From: Octopus bimaculoides
Taxonomy: Eukaryota
Direction: 5' to 3'
NCBI RefSeq assembly: GCF_001194135.2
Contig: NC_068986.1
Coordinates: 57,403,649 to 57,439,182 of the forward strand
Length of the DNA: 35,534 nucleotides
In this document: positions 11,581 through 24,827 of the stretch, piece after piece
Position numbering within the stretch: position 1 is the stretch's first letter
Layout of the letters: each line of letters begins with the position of its first letter
Translations under genes and position numbers: made by a program
Notes under the pieces: model-generated
The model's input: only the letters and a program-made list of their open reading frames with translations
Told to the model about the DNA's origin: nothing
The model's database searches: none

Positions 11581-12986
11581 CAAATTTGTGTGTGCTTGCA
11601 TGTGACATCATATAGCTGGAGAGGAAATATGAAAATAAATTATATAAATTGTCTGAGAATCTTTTAACATAAATTTGCGCTACTTTTTCCAACAGATGAA
11701 TAAACTAAATTGGTAAGTAATATCATCGAGCTAACGGCTATCGCAAAAGCAATACCTTAGACAAACCTTCCGAAAATGTTGCCAAATATTGAAATCTTTT
11801 GTGATACGGTTATTAATTCCATTAGGTTGTAGTTTAAAGAAATTGTAATATGAATCCTCGATCATAGTTTTTACAGTTATCGTACTTTTATTTTTCGTAG
11901 ATCATATTTTACCACACATATTTTGTTGAGGAAGTACCAACGTCTCATTTAAGGATATGTAAGGATATAAGCTATTGATTAAATGCATAACAATATTTAG
12001 TTCCCTTTCCCTTCCTCTATGTTATATACTGCAACTGCATTAGAGGAATTTTGTTTATTATCCTGTTGTATTCGATAAAATACAGTGATGTACCATAAAT
12101 GCCGCATAAATGTATTCCTAACAATAAAAATATAAACAAAGTGGAATTATAATTTTAAAAGAAGCTATTTACCTATTTTACTATTTCGATCAGAGAACAT
12201 CATACCTTGCGTGTTGATTAATTCAGAGGAAATGTATTTAACGCATATTTTATTTTTCTATAATTAATGTGTTGTAGCTCATTAGTAAATTAATATGTTA
12301 ATTTAATAAAAATTACTACACACTTTAGGGAAGCTCGTTTCTCGTTTAAACTACTCTAGGTAATTAACTGAGCAGTGGCTTATTTCATTGACACTTGAAG
12401 CAATGAAAAGCAAAGAAAGAGCCCGTCGGAATTTTGGCCTTGGTGATACTAAATACAGCAAGGATGTTTGTTTGACAGTATAAGAATTCTACTAATTAAG
12501 TAAGTATTGTTAATTACTTAATCAATCAATCCGTTTACTGAAAGCTATAGACAGAAGCTTCGATAACTTCGCTTATATTGCCTTAGTATATCTAACAATA
12601 AATGACTAACACAGGTATCAAAATGTCATTGCAGCCTGCTTCTGTAAGAAGAAAAAGGACAATTTACTTAAAGGGCGATCTATTAAGTCTCAGTAAAGCA
12701 TTCATATTCTGTGGGCTTCGTAAAAATCAACAAAACACTTCACTGTATTCTTCTTTGAATGCCATGATTACGGAGTGTCACTCTTTTTTGCTTCTATAAA
12801 AAAAAATAAGCGCATATACAAAACATTTAGAAAAAGAAAAGCAAGGCAACTTAGCAGACGAATTTGTTGCCAGAATTCTTACATGTTTGCGAGAATGTAA
12901 AAATGAATTCTTGAAATTTCTACTTTTTGAAGAGACGTTAAAGGCCCCGATAAAGTATACTAACTATCCCTCTATCCATTTATCTG

Positions 12987-12987
<1 letters not shown>

Positions 12988-13055
<68 letters not shown>
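12988..13055. repeat. (TATC)n microsatellite
   Basis: Directly visible. Confidence 0.95.
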
Positions 13056-13056
<1 letters not shown>

Positions 13057-13756
13057 CGTTTGTTTGTCTGCGTTATACTTACGTCCATAATATACATACA
13101 AAAGCAGGTAGATGTACATATCTGTAAAAATATGTATGTCTGTGTGTATGGTTATCTACAAATACATATATGTACACACACAGACACACAGACACACGCA
13201 CGCACATACACACATACACACGCACGCACATATAAACAGACATACACACACACACATAAATGCATAGCTATGCGTACAGAAATATGTATAAAAAAATACC
13301 ATTTTCACCTTTAGCGTCATCACCTCTCCTTATCATTGTCGTTATTAGACACAACTTTAAAATTAAAAATAACAGATGACTAAAAAAGGCTATATGAATT
13401 ATTTTATTACTCTCTCCCAATTCTCTTTCTGTATTTCTTTCACTCTGTCTTTGTCATTCTCTCTCTCTCACTCTCACTCACTCTCTTTCTTTCTTCCTTC
13501 CTTTCTTTCTTTCTTTCTTTCTCACCCACTCACAATTCATTTTCGTATTTTGGGCTTTTTGTTATTAAGACTGAACACTGAAGAATTATTCAGTCAAGCT
13601 GAATTTTTTTATTACGCATCTTTCAACTCGACTAACTTGAAATAAAAGAAAACAGTTTAAGTAAAGATTAATGTGAATCTAATTATATATGTATATGTAT
13701 GTGTGCGTACGTATGTGTATATTCGTATGCATGTATATACGTATATAGAAACATTA

Positions 13757-13802
<46 letters not shown>

Positions 13803-15679
13803 TTACATCTACATATACATATACATACATATATACATACGCACACACACACACACACATATAGATGAACCTAAAGTTTTTTGTTGTTTTACTGAATATA
13901 ATTATATCTTAGCTATCTTGATGCTTGGTTGAATTTGCTCTTTTCAAATTTACAGGCCTTTATTTTCGTAGCCTAAATTTCTACTGATCTTTAACCTTTA
14001 TACTTACTAATTTCCTTGAGATCTTTTTCTGTTTTTACTGTTGTTATAACCATTATTCTTTTAACTAAGTTTTGCATTAATTAACTATTTCTCGATTCTC
14101 TACAGAAATACCTATATCAATGACCTTCAGTTCCATACATTATATATATTTAAATATTAATGCTTTGTTTTGTTCTCTTAATTAATAAAACTATAACTAA
14201 CTGAAATCCAAGGCTAACAACAGTTTAGTATTAAAACAGTTGCAGGAAGGTACATTAAGAAACGAACTATACTGAACATTTCAGGAAAAAATCAGATCCA
14301 TGTTGTTGGGTTCAACTTAAAATGAAAGGCTAAAGCCACAATGAAGTTTGTAATGCACAAATGAAGACCTCATTCACTGCAACAATACAGCTAATATTTT
14401 AAGAAATGTATTGACCTTCCTTTTCTCTTATGACATACAGAACCCTCGGACATTTAAAGATATCTATAAAGAGACATATCAGAAATATTTGACTTGCCTA
14501 TTTTGTGTGCACCATACTGTACGGGGATCAAGTTTTAGAAATTGGTTCTAATAATTTCCCATTTTATTTGTCTCTAATATAATTACAAAGGCATGAGCCA
14601 TAACTTTATCGATTCTAATAATTTAAAACATGAAGCATTTGCTTCAAATACATGATTACTTAATATTTAAAGTGGCATTTGGTGTCTTTTCAGTCAGGCC
14701 ATATAACTAATTTTCAGGCAAGTTGTATTTTGATGAATCAACCATAGTCAATTACTGATACAAGAAAGAAAAAAGAGAGCGCATAAGAGTGCGAGAGAGG
14801 GGTGTGTGGATATTTATTCCATTGCAAAGCGGTTAAGTTCAGGGTTAGGAAGTTGTTTCTGATGCAATTCAACCATGAATCGCATTGGATTATGTAAAAT
14901 ATACAGTCTTGAAGTAGTAAGATACAACCTATTGAATTGCTACCATTACATAACTTATATAAATGTAACATAATGTAGTGTCCAGAATTTTAAAAAATTA
15001 TTTTTATATTAAATAAATAGTGCAGAGAGAGACGTGGCGAACTAGCCACTCGGATTCAGTACTCATTTCAAACCATTTCACTCCATTTACTCCGTTAAAA
15101 ATCGAAGGTTGATGATTGGAACTGCTTCAAAAACAACATTTTTCTAAGTGACATACCTACCTTGTAGGAGATAGTGCACTGAATAGAAAGTAAGACTTAA
15201 TTTTATTTAGATGTTTTGCACTTTATACGTAATTATTTTATAACAAAACAAAACAAGAATCTGCCAAGAAAAAATCGAAGATCAATACAGACAAGATACA
15301 TTTTCCCCGCCGTGTGATACTCTACCAAATTCCAGAGAAGATCTATCTGGAAATGTTCTGATATTATTTACATATTTTCTGTGTCAAAGTAGCAGGCTTC
15401 CAAATCTGCAACACAAATATTTCAGCGGGCCTGTTTTTTTTTCAAATCGCACAAGCTGTAGCGTCGATTAGAGGACAGGTTCAAGAGTGAGCAAGACATT
15501 AAAAACAATCGACTCTAAAGCAATTTTGCTGTCTTTCACTAGCTATCATATCTATTTATCCCTCCACACTCACACTCACTCTCACAATCACAGAGACGCG
15601 CACTTGCACAAACACACAGGCATACAAGCATATGTGTGTAGATATGCATGGTATGTCTATCTAGCCATCTGCCTACTTA

Positions 15680-15701
15680 TCTATCTATCTATCTATCTAT
15701 G

Positions 15702-15794
<93 letters not shown>

Positions 15795-15822
15795 GTGTGT
15801 GTGTGTGTGTGTATGTGTGTGT
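15680..15822. repeat. (TATC)n followed by (TG)n
   Basis: Directly visible. Confidence 0.95.
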
Positions 15823-15956
15823 GAGTTCGTGTATGCTTGAGTATGTATGTTATATTTTTAGTCACTCAAACAATATCTCCAGCAAAGCACATTATATTTG
15901 GCTCGAGAGCTTGTCAATTTCCAAACTGAGAAAGTAGTAGTAGTAGTAATAATAAT

Positions 15957-16480
15957 ATGTTGCTTGATACCGACATACACCGGAAAATGGTAATAGACGA
16001 AAAGAGGAAGGCAAAAATCCTCCGAAAAATTGACTTCCAGACAGACAGGGTATTAGAGCACCGAAGGCCGATTATAGTAACGTTTATGAGGCACAAACAA
16101 GAGTGCATAATTATCGACGTGGCCGTGCCAGGGAATCAGCATACTATCATGGAAGAAAGAGAAAAGACGGATAGATATGGAGACCTGAGAATTGAGATCA
16201 CCAAGATGTGGCTGCTACGAGGGTCAAACATAAAGCTTGTCTGTGTTGTCATCGGAGCTGAAGAAACATCTGAAAACTTTAGAAATACCATACAATCTAG
16301 GTGCATTGCAAAAATCGGCATTACTTGGAATTGCACGTATATAGTGTAAAGTACTGTCAGTCTGAGGTCCTTGTGACTTGACAGACAGTACAAACCCCCC
16401 CCCCCCGCTAGACACAATGTCTTCTATCAACAATATCACGATATTGGATACTGAGCGACGTCTTAAATAATGATAATAAT
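15957..16480 (+). mobile_element. 5'-truncated non-LTR retrotransposon with a restriction-like (PD-(D/E)xK) endonuclease, R4/Dong-like
   Basis: ORF 15957-16349 contains FQTDRVLEHRRPIIV...CIIIDVAVPGN...EREKTDRYGDLRIEITKMW...VVIGA. A shifted frame gives LQKSALLGIARI, the conserved terminus of such elements. There is a short 3' UTR and an (AAT)n tail at 16466-16480. Confidence 0.85.
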
Positions 16481-17037
16481 GGTTTAGTTTATTTATCACA
16501 GGGCATCAGATAAGCTGGACATTTCTAGTACAGTCTGAAATTTGTGTTGGGGTTTTCATAAATGATGACCAGAAGCAAGGGAGAGGACAATTATTATTAT
16601 TAACCATTTTATAAAATGTTTTATTTTGTATTTATCCATCTATTTTTCTGTTGCTACGCATGGAAGCATTAGTTAAAATGCACACATTTTAAACATTCAT
16701 ACATGCCTGTGNNNNNNNNNNNNNNNNNNNNNNNNNNNNNNNNNNNNNNNNNNNNNNNNNNNNNNNNNNNNNNNNNNNNNNNNNNNNNNNNNNNNNNNNN
16801 NNNNNNNNNNNNNNNNNNNNNNNNNNNNNNNNNNNNNNNNNNNNNNNNNNNNNNNNNNNNNNNNNNNNNNNNNNNNNNNNNNNNNNNNNNNNNNNNNNNN
16901 NNNNNNNNNNNNNNNNNNNNNNNNNNNNNNNNNNNNNNNNNNNNNNNNNNNNNNNNNNNNNNNNNNNNNNNNNNNNNNNNNNNNNNNNNNNNNNNNNNNN
17001 NNNNNNNNNNNNNTATATATACATATGCATATATCTA

Positions 17038-17948
17038 TATATTGAGGGTGATAAATTGAATATTAATTTAATTAACATCAATTTAAAACCAGTGGCCTAG
17101 CATATAAAAAATCTGAAAATTCAGAAAAATTGTATTACATGCGTCAAACTTGTATTACATGCGTTAAAATTGTATTACATGCGTCAAACTTTATGAAGAC
17201 AATTCGTGTATAGTTCTGCAAATTGTATTGAATTAGAACAGTCGTACTCACGAGCCACGGACGTTTTTCATTTGTCTTGCCTGATTATGTTCTGGTGTTA
17301 GCTGAATTTTTTCTGGAGAACATTCTTTTCTTTGTGGCTAGATCGTATGTGATCTTTTTCTAACATATCGGATGTCCACTTAGTGATCATCCCTTATACG
17401 TATGTAATACAATTTTTTTGAATTTTCAGATTTTTTTATATGCTAGGCCACTGGTTTTAAATTGATGTTAATTAAATTAATATGTTCAATTTATCACCCT
17501 CAGTATATAAATATAAATTTTAAATAATTATGTTCTCTAACCGACAACATCCACTGCAGTGAATTATCTTCTGCAGAACTGTTTCCGGGATATAGCGCGC
17601 CAGAGCTGAGACATTGGAAAATAACCCCAATGTAATCGGTAGAACTGTATGCACGTCAAACTTTATGAAGACAATTCGTGTATATTTCTGCATATTATAT
17701 TGAATTAGAACGGTCGTACTGACGAGCCACGGACGTTTTTACGTATGTAAAAGAGTTAATGGCGATACCCGGTCTACGATTAATACTTTATTTTGTATAT
17801 TTTCATTTGTCTTGTCCGCTTATGTTCTGGTGTTTGCTGAATTTTTTCTGGAGAACATTCTTTTCTTTGTGGTTAGATAGTAGATGATCTTTTTCTAGCA
17901 TATCGGATGTCCACTCAGTGGTCATCCCTTCTTATACGCATGTAATAC
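17038..17948 (+). mobile_element. Penelope-like element remnant: inverted arm plus two tandem pseudo-LTR copies
   Basis: Inverted repeat 17038-17144 / 17398-17507 and direct repeat ~17182-17410 / ~17654-17948. A frame ending ...LYEDNSCIFLHIILN* lies just before a hammerhead motif, the usual pLTR layout in PLEs. Confidence 0.6.
17713..17780 (+). ncRNA. Type I hammerhead motif, A14U variant
   Basis: Reads GUCGUA CUGACGA GCCA...UGGC GAUAC CCG GUC UACGAU. Stem I is 6 bp, stem II is GCCA/UGGC with an inner UUUUAC/GUAAAA hairpin, and the cleavage triplet is GUC. Confidence 0.65.
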
Positions 17949-18241
17949 ATATACATATATATATACATATATATNNNNNNNNNNNNNNNNNNNNNNNNNN
18001 NNNNNNNNNNNNNNNNNNNNNNNNNNNNNNNNNNNNNNNNNNNNNNNNNNNNNNNNNNNNNNNNNNNNNNNNNNNNNNNNNNNNNNNNNNNNNNNNNNNN
18101 NNNNNNNNNNNNNNNNNNNNNNNNNNNNNNNNNNNNNNNNNNNNNNNNNNNNNNNNNNNNNNNNNNNNNNNNNNNNNNNNNNNNNNNNNNNNNNNNNNNN
18201 NNNNNNNNNNNNNNNNNNNNNNNNNNNNNNNNNNNNNNNNN

Positions 18242-18495
18242 AGACAGAAACTGAAACACATCCGTCTTATATATGTATGTCTGTATATATTTATGTGCGC
18301 CTGTCTTTCTGTCTGTGTTTTTCTCCCCACCACAGCTTTACGTCCCCCTAATTTAGCAGTTCAGCAAAAAGCACCAATGGAAAAAGTACCAGTCTTTTTA
18401 AAAAAATAAATACTGGAGCCGATACATTCGACTAAAAATTCAAGGTAGTGCCACAACATGGCCCCAGTCTAATGACTGAAACAAGTACCAGATAT
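18242..18495 (+). mobile_element. SINE family C, 3' portion (head lost in the gap)
   Basis: Begins gaaactgaaa and ends with tail ggtagtgccacaacatggccccagtctaatgactgaaacaag, shared with other family C copies. Confidence 0.7.
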
Positions 18496-18508
18496 ATATG
18501 TCATATAT

Positions 18509-18834
18509 GCGCATGCCTCAGTGGTTAGTGCTTTGAGCTTACGATCGTGAGGTTGTGAGTTCGAATCTTGGACCGGGCTGCGTGTTGTATTCTTGAGCAA
18601 GACATTTTATTTCATGTTGGTCCAGTTCACTCAGCTGTAGAAATGAGTTGCGACGTCACAGGTGCCAAGCTGTATCGGCCATTGCCCTTGGATAACACTG
18701 GTTGCGTGGAGAGGGGAGGTCGGTATGCATGGGCGACTGCTGGTCTCCCATAAAACAACCTTGCTCGGACTTGTGCCTGGGAGGGTAACTTTCTAGATGC
18801 AATCCCATGGTCAATCGTGACCGAAGGAGGTCTC
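18509..18834 (+). mobile_element. tRNA-derived SINE family B with a CORE-like central motif, near full length
   Basis: A-box-like cagtggttagtg, B box gagttcgaatc (18557-18567), then tcttgagcaagaca resembling the CORE motif ccttgggcaagt. A homologous head lies at 22970-23098. Confidence 0.8.
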
Positions 18835-18853
18835 AGCTTATCAATGCGCAGAT

Positions 18854-19208
18854 GTAGCTCTGGGGTACGAAGTTTGCTTCCCAATCACATGGCTCTGGGT
18901 TCAGTCCCACTGCACGGTAACTTAGGCAAGTGTCTTCTTCTATAGCCCCGGACCGACCGAGGCATTGTGAGTAGATTTAGTAGAGGGAAACTGAAAGAAA
19001 CCCATCGCATATATAATATGTGAGTGTGTGGGTGGGTTTGTGCTTGCCCCTATTGACAACCGTTGCTGTTTTCTTTATGTCACCTCAAGCGAGTGGGAAA
19101 GAGAAAGGCCAATTGAATAAGAACTAGCACTAAAATAAAAAAACAACAACACGGTGACAGCAGCATAGCTGCAGTCCTAAATCTGAAACAATTTCACGAT
19201 AAAAGATA
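18854..19208 (+). mobile_element. SINE family C, near full length
   Basis: Contains aagtttgcttccc, gggttcagtcccactgc, cttaggcaagtgtcttct and gaaactgaaagaa; homologous to 34463-34625. Confidence 0.75.
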
Positions 19209-19302
19209 TAATTTCCGCTAAGTTCAGCCTGCTACATTGACCAATTGTAGATAAGTATAAATATAATTATAAATAAATGGGAGAGGCGGTGGTGACATAT
19301 GG

Positions 19303-19424
19303 ATGGCCTTTCTTTTTTCCACTAGCTTGTGGTGACATGAACAAAACAGCCACGGTTGTCAATAGAGGTAAGCACAAACCCACTCATACACTCACATATA
19401 TATACGATGGGTTTCTTTCAGTTT
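19303..19424 (-). repeat. Inverted partial copy of 18988-19112
   Basis: The reverse complement aligns closely along about 120 bp. Confidence 0.85.
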
Positions 19425-20029
19425 GGAGACTCCATTGGTAAAATTCTGTTGCGTCTGAGGAGAGTCATTCTCTTTTAGTGCCTTATAATTTAACACACTC
19501 ACCGGTAAAATTTCCACTCATTTACTTATTTATTTGGTAATGTTTTATGGATTTTATAGACTTTTCTATCCACCAATGTTTTCTCTACACCAGCCCATAT
19601 CCACCACGAAATATTTCATAGAATATACTAGTTGGTTTTTGTCGTCTTTGGAGGACAACCTCTCTTTTCATACGATGTGTTCACCACACACTGGATCATT
19701 GAGATAAGGGGACTATGACATACTGTGGTGTTATGAGCTGTGTCATTTCAATCAAAGTTACTCCTGGATCAATGATTCTGAAAAAGAATTGTAGCTCTTC
19801 AAATTCTTTTTTGGTGCATACCGATGTCTGCCAAACCAATATAATTCATCATCTGCGCAAAGAATAGAACAATGAGTGTATACTCAAATCTTAAAAACAC
19901 ATAGCATACACACGCATATAGACAGACAAACAGACAGACAGACGGATGGATGGATGGATAAATAGATAGATAGATAAGCATATATATGTATATTTGCAAG
20001 TATATATAGATATATATATACAGGGTACT

Positions 20030-20360
20030 GAGTAGTATCGGCATTGCTAGAAATAAGAGTCAAAACAACTCAATAGCCACAACTGCACTATCTTAATGAC
20101 TGACAAAGGAGACAACGTCCGTACCGGACATAGCCAGATCAGCTGTGATTTCGAATTTTGATGCAGAGCAACTTAATTCTTATCAGTGGCTCTTATCGCG
20201 CCAACTGTTAAACTCATCTCATCTTGTCAGCTTATAAGAAAACCGTTAAACACATACACTGATTTCAAAAACGGGTGGCCGGTTTTGATGAGAATTAAGA
20301 TGCTTTTAGTGACGTCTATAACTTTGACTTTAGGTTGTTCAATTGCTAATAAACCAACCA
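20030..20360. mobile_element. Hammerhead-bearing repeat (PLE pLTR-like) with an internal inversion
   Basis: Shares gcattgctagaaataagagtcaaa, tagccacaa and aggagacaac with 34805-35061. The segment gcaacttaattcttatca (~20168-20185) is inverted at ~20286-20303. Confidence 0.55.
20132..20191 (-). ncRNA. Type I hammerhead ribozyme motif with all three stems, G8A variant
   Basis: Minus strand reads AGCCA CUGAUAA GAAUU-17 nt-AAUUC GAA AUCA CAGC UGAU C UGGCU. Stems I (5 bp), II (5 bp) and III (4 bp plus tetraloop) pair perfectly; the cleavage triplet is AUC. Confidence 0.75.
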
Positions 20361-20365
20361 TATTA

Positions 20366-20401
<36 letters not shown>

Positions 20402-21114
20402 TGTATTTATATACATAGTATTGGTGCTCTAGCATGACCACGGCCGCATGAGTGAAACGAGTAAAAGTGTAATGCACAAACACACACACACACACACACA
20501 CANNNNNNNNNNNNNNNNNNNNNNNNNNNNNNNNNNNNNNNNNNNNNNNNNNNNNNNNNNNNNNNNNNNNNNNNNNNNNNNNNNNNNNNNNNNNNNNNNN
20601 NNNNNNNNNNNNNNNNNNNNNNNNNNNNNNNNNNNNNNNNNNNNNNNNNNNNNNNNNNNNNNNNNNNNNNNNNNNNNNNNNNNNNNNNNNNNNNNNNNNN
20701 NNNNNNNNNNNNNNNNNNNNNNNNNNNNNNNNNNNNNNNNNNNNNNNNNNNNNNNNNNNNNNNNNNNNNNNNNNNNNNNNNNNNNNNNNNNNNNNNNNNN
20801 NNNNNNNNNNNNNNNNNNNNNNNNNNNNNNNNNNNNNNNNNNNNNNNNNNNNNNNNNNNNNNNNNNNNNNNNNNNNNNNNNNNNNNNNNNNNNNNNNNNN
20901 NNNNNNNNNNNNNNNNNNNNNNNNNNNNNNNNNNNNNNNNNNNNNNNNNNNNNNNNNNNNNNNNNNNNNNNNNNNNNNNNNNNNNNNNNNNNNNNNNNNN
21001 NNNNNNNNNNNNNNNNNNNNNNNNNNNNNNNNNNNNNNNNNNNNNNNNNNNNNNNNNNNNNNNNNNNNNNNNNNNNNNNNNNNNNNNNNNNNNNNNNNNN
21101 NNNNNNNNNNNNNN

Positions 21115-21153
<39 letters not shown>

Positions 21154-22059
21154 GAAACTCTCGGACTTTGTGTTACTCTGTTGCTTCTGCTAAATATTAC
21201 TTTAGTGACGACTATACTTATTCGCTTTCGGTTGTAAGTTGCAAGTAGCCACCTTAATAATTCGTTATACACACACACACACCCTCGCGCGCACACACAT
21301 GTACTCAGATATAAATACATATATATGCACAACAAGATGCATGCATATACATAGAGGAAGACTCATTTCATGCCTGCAACGTGGCTTTTATATGTAAAAG
21401 AGCGCAAATACTGTGGTCAACATATGATACTCGTTTACTCACTTTTGACCTACGAAGAGGAGTCTTTAATGACGAATAATATGACTCATACATACCTGCA
21501 TTCAGAGATAGATACTTACTCACACAGACAAACAATATGTGTATGTGTATTTCTATGTATATTTTATACAGTTGAAGATCTGTGTGAGGTGATTCACTAT
21601 CTATTAGACCGTTAACGAAGGAAGATATTAATGTTTAACATAATGACTAAATTTAAATTGTATAATAGTTTCTATTAAAAACCATGAAAACTACACAGAA
21701 AAATCATGAAAAGAACTGGAAGTAAATAATTAGGTTCCACTTCAACTCTTAACTAAATCACGTTGATGTAGGTTGTTGATTACGTTCCTAATTAATTTAT
21801 TCATATTGTTATTATTGTAATTGTGTTATTTTTGATATCGAAATGCGAGTATCTGAGTCAGTTTAGTTTCGCGGAAAACCTATTTCTTCAGAAAGTCACC
21901 GTCAAGTCTTTTGTTGGTTAGAAAAGATTTACTAATTGTAATGATACAGTTTTCTATCTATAGAGGCAAAAACACCCTCACTTCTGTCTCTATGTGTGGG
22001 TTTGTGCGAGCATATGCATATATGTATGTGATTGCGTATGTTTATGTGTGTGTATATGC

Positions 22060-22128
<69 letters not shown>

Positions 22129-22185
22129 TGAGAGACATATTCTCCGTATGGAATACACTTCGTAGTGCTCAAACTTAAGCAGGTT

Positions 22186-22482
22186 GAGGAGTAAATGTAA
22201 GGATAAGCAAGTTAGGCAAGTTGTTATACAAAAGATTTCAAATACATTTGATACAAGAAAATGTACATATGTTTACGTATAAAAAAGATCCGACTTACAC
22301 AGAATAGAAATGAGATCACGAATTAAACTCTCATCCAACTCCTTTAGTTCCTGATATCATTTCTATTCTGTGTTAATCGGACCTTTTTATATGTAAACAT
22401 ATGTACATTTTTTGCATTAAATATTATTTAGTATTATTTATATATCGACTTGCTCACTTACTTATCCTTACATTTACTCCTC
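22186..22482. mobile_element. Fold-back derivative of the 30278-30619 repeat family
   Basis: Arms 22186-22327 and 22343-22482 with a 15-nt spacer. Both arms align to 30278-~30420. Confidence 0.85.
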
Positions 22483-22509
22483 TATATGTGTGTACATATG
22501 TGTTTGTAT

Positions 22510-22755
22510 GCGCGTGGCACTCCGTCGGTTATGACGACGACTAGGGTTCCAGTTGATCCGATCAACGGAACAGCCTGCTCGTGAAATTAACGTGTAAGTG
22601 GTTGAGCACTCCACAGACACGTGTAGTCTTCACGTAGTTCTGTGAGGAGATTCAGCTTGACACTGTGTGACAAGGCAGGCCCTTTGAAATACAGGTACAA
22701 CAGAAACAGGAAGGAAGAATAAGAGAAAGTTGTGGCGAAAGAGTATAGCAGGGTG
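22510..22755 (-). mobile_element. SINE family E body, headless; orientation inferred from recall
   Basis: GC-richer block (ggcactccgtcgg..gatccgatcaacggaacagcctgctcgtgaaattaacgtg..cactccacagacacgtg) recalled as an abundant octopus SINE; not verified. Confidence 0.55.
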
Positions 22756-22969
22756 TCTATCTCAGTTTGTGTTACTATTAGCACTTAGACCAATTAGAGA
22801 AACCCTAGCACAATGATGTTTGATTCTATATTTTTAATCATATATGTGTGGGTGTGTATATGTTTTTGAATAGCAGTAGTAATAGTTATACTTTATCATT
22901 GTTATTGGCAGTCTCTCGAGTTCGCGTAAGACGATTCTGCAGGTGTATGGTGTGTCACAGACCAAAATG

Positions 22970-23098
22970 ATTTGCTGAGCAACAAGAAATGAAGTATTTT
23001 GCCCAATAAAACAACACACTGCAGCCCGTTCAGGTATCGAGACCACAATCTCACGATCGGGAGTGCAATACCCTAACAACTAGGCCATGCGCCCTCAC
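22970..23098 (-). mobile_element. SINE family B tRNA-like head, degenerate
   Basis: The reverse complement gcgcatggcctagttgttagggt..gatcgtgagattgtggtctcgatacc..ttgggcaaaatac matches 18509-18610. Confidence 0.7.
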
Positions 23099-23896
23099 TT
23101 TATCTTTATAGGACCTATTTTACACTGAGTACTTTTTACAATTCATAACTAAGTGTATATATTTTTCAGGTTCATTACATTGTACCAGTGTTGTAATAGT
23201 AAAAGTGCAACCTATAAATTCAGAATAGCTGTGAATCCTATGATTTATGAATGCTTTGTTAAAAATTGAAACGTTCAAATTGTGCATGCAATAACAAAGC
23301 GTACCTGAATTCTATGAAATATCAAACGTTTCTTTGTTCGTTTTGTATAAACATTGGCAATGTATTTGTCCCTATTGTACAAATATCTGAAATCTTTGTC
23401 AACAAGCATACGTTTGAGCTTTATATAACATGTTAATAGCGTGTTACGCGTTAATTTTATTCAAATGTAATACATGATTTTATTTCATTAAATTTTACAT
23501 TAGATGTCTCTTCGAAAAGTATATAGATCGCACATGAGCTACAAGTTTGTAGAATACAAATTACATAGCTTTATAATTAAGAAGTTAGCTTTGCAACCGC
23601 TGGGTACGTGGTACGGTGCCACTTCGTGGTACTTTAGGCAAGTAATTGCCACCGGCTTGAATGGGTAGATTGAGACTGTGTAGAAACATGTTGTATGTAT
23701 ATAAATATATATGTGTGTTTATATGTGTTTCTAATCTCTTTCTAGTTTTAGTCACTGGAATGCAGTCATACCCGGAACACTAGTTTCAAGAATTTTAGTC
23801 GATCATCCGGAACATTTTCTGATTTTCTTCATTTATATCTAACAGAATCAACATAATAAACACAGAAAGGGATATGGATACAAGCACACACACATA

Positions 23897-24659
<763 letters not shown>

Positions 24660-24827
24660 TAGTATAGTTACTACTCTGATCTCTTCTTGAGATTTTACAA
24701 CGAGCTTTTTTGCTTATATATATATATATATATATATGGGAGAATATACAAAAAATAACAACAGACGAGGACAGGTGGTGTAAATAACAAAAGTATATAT
24801 TAGTATGACGCTCGGGAATACGGAAAG

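Noticed and set aside
17131-17190. Regular 20-bp repeats suggestive of a CRISPR-like array
   Set aside because: The copies are contiguous with no spacers, in a eukaryotic context. It is a simple junctional tandem repeat.
19430-19800. Complex, possibly transposon-derived sequence
   Set aside because: The frames translated gave no recognisable motif and there is no second copy in the window.
23162-23270. ttttcag acceptor followed by a short open frame
   Set aside because: No donor site before the stop and no recognisable protein.
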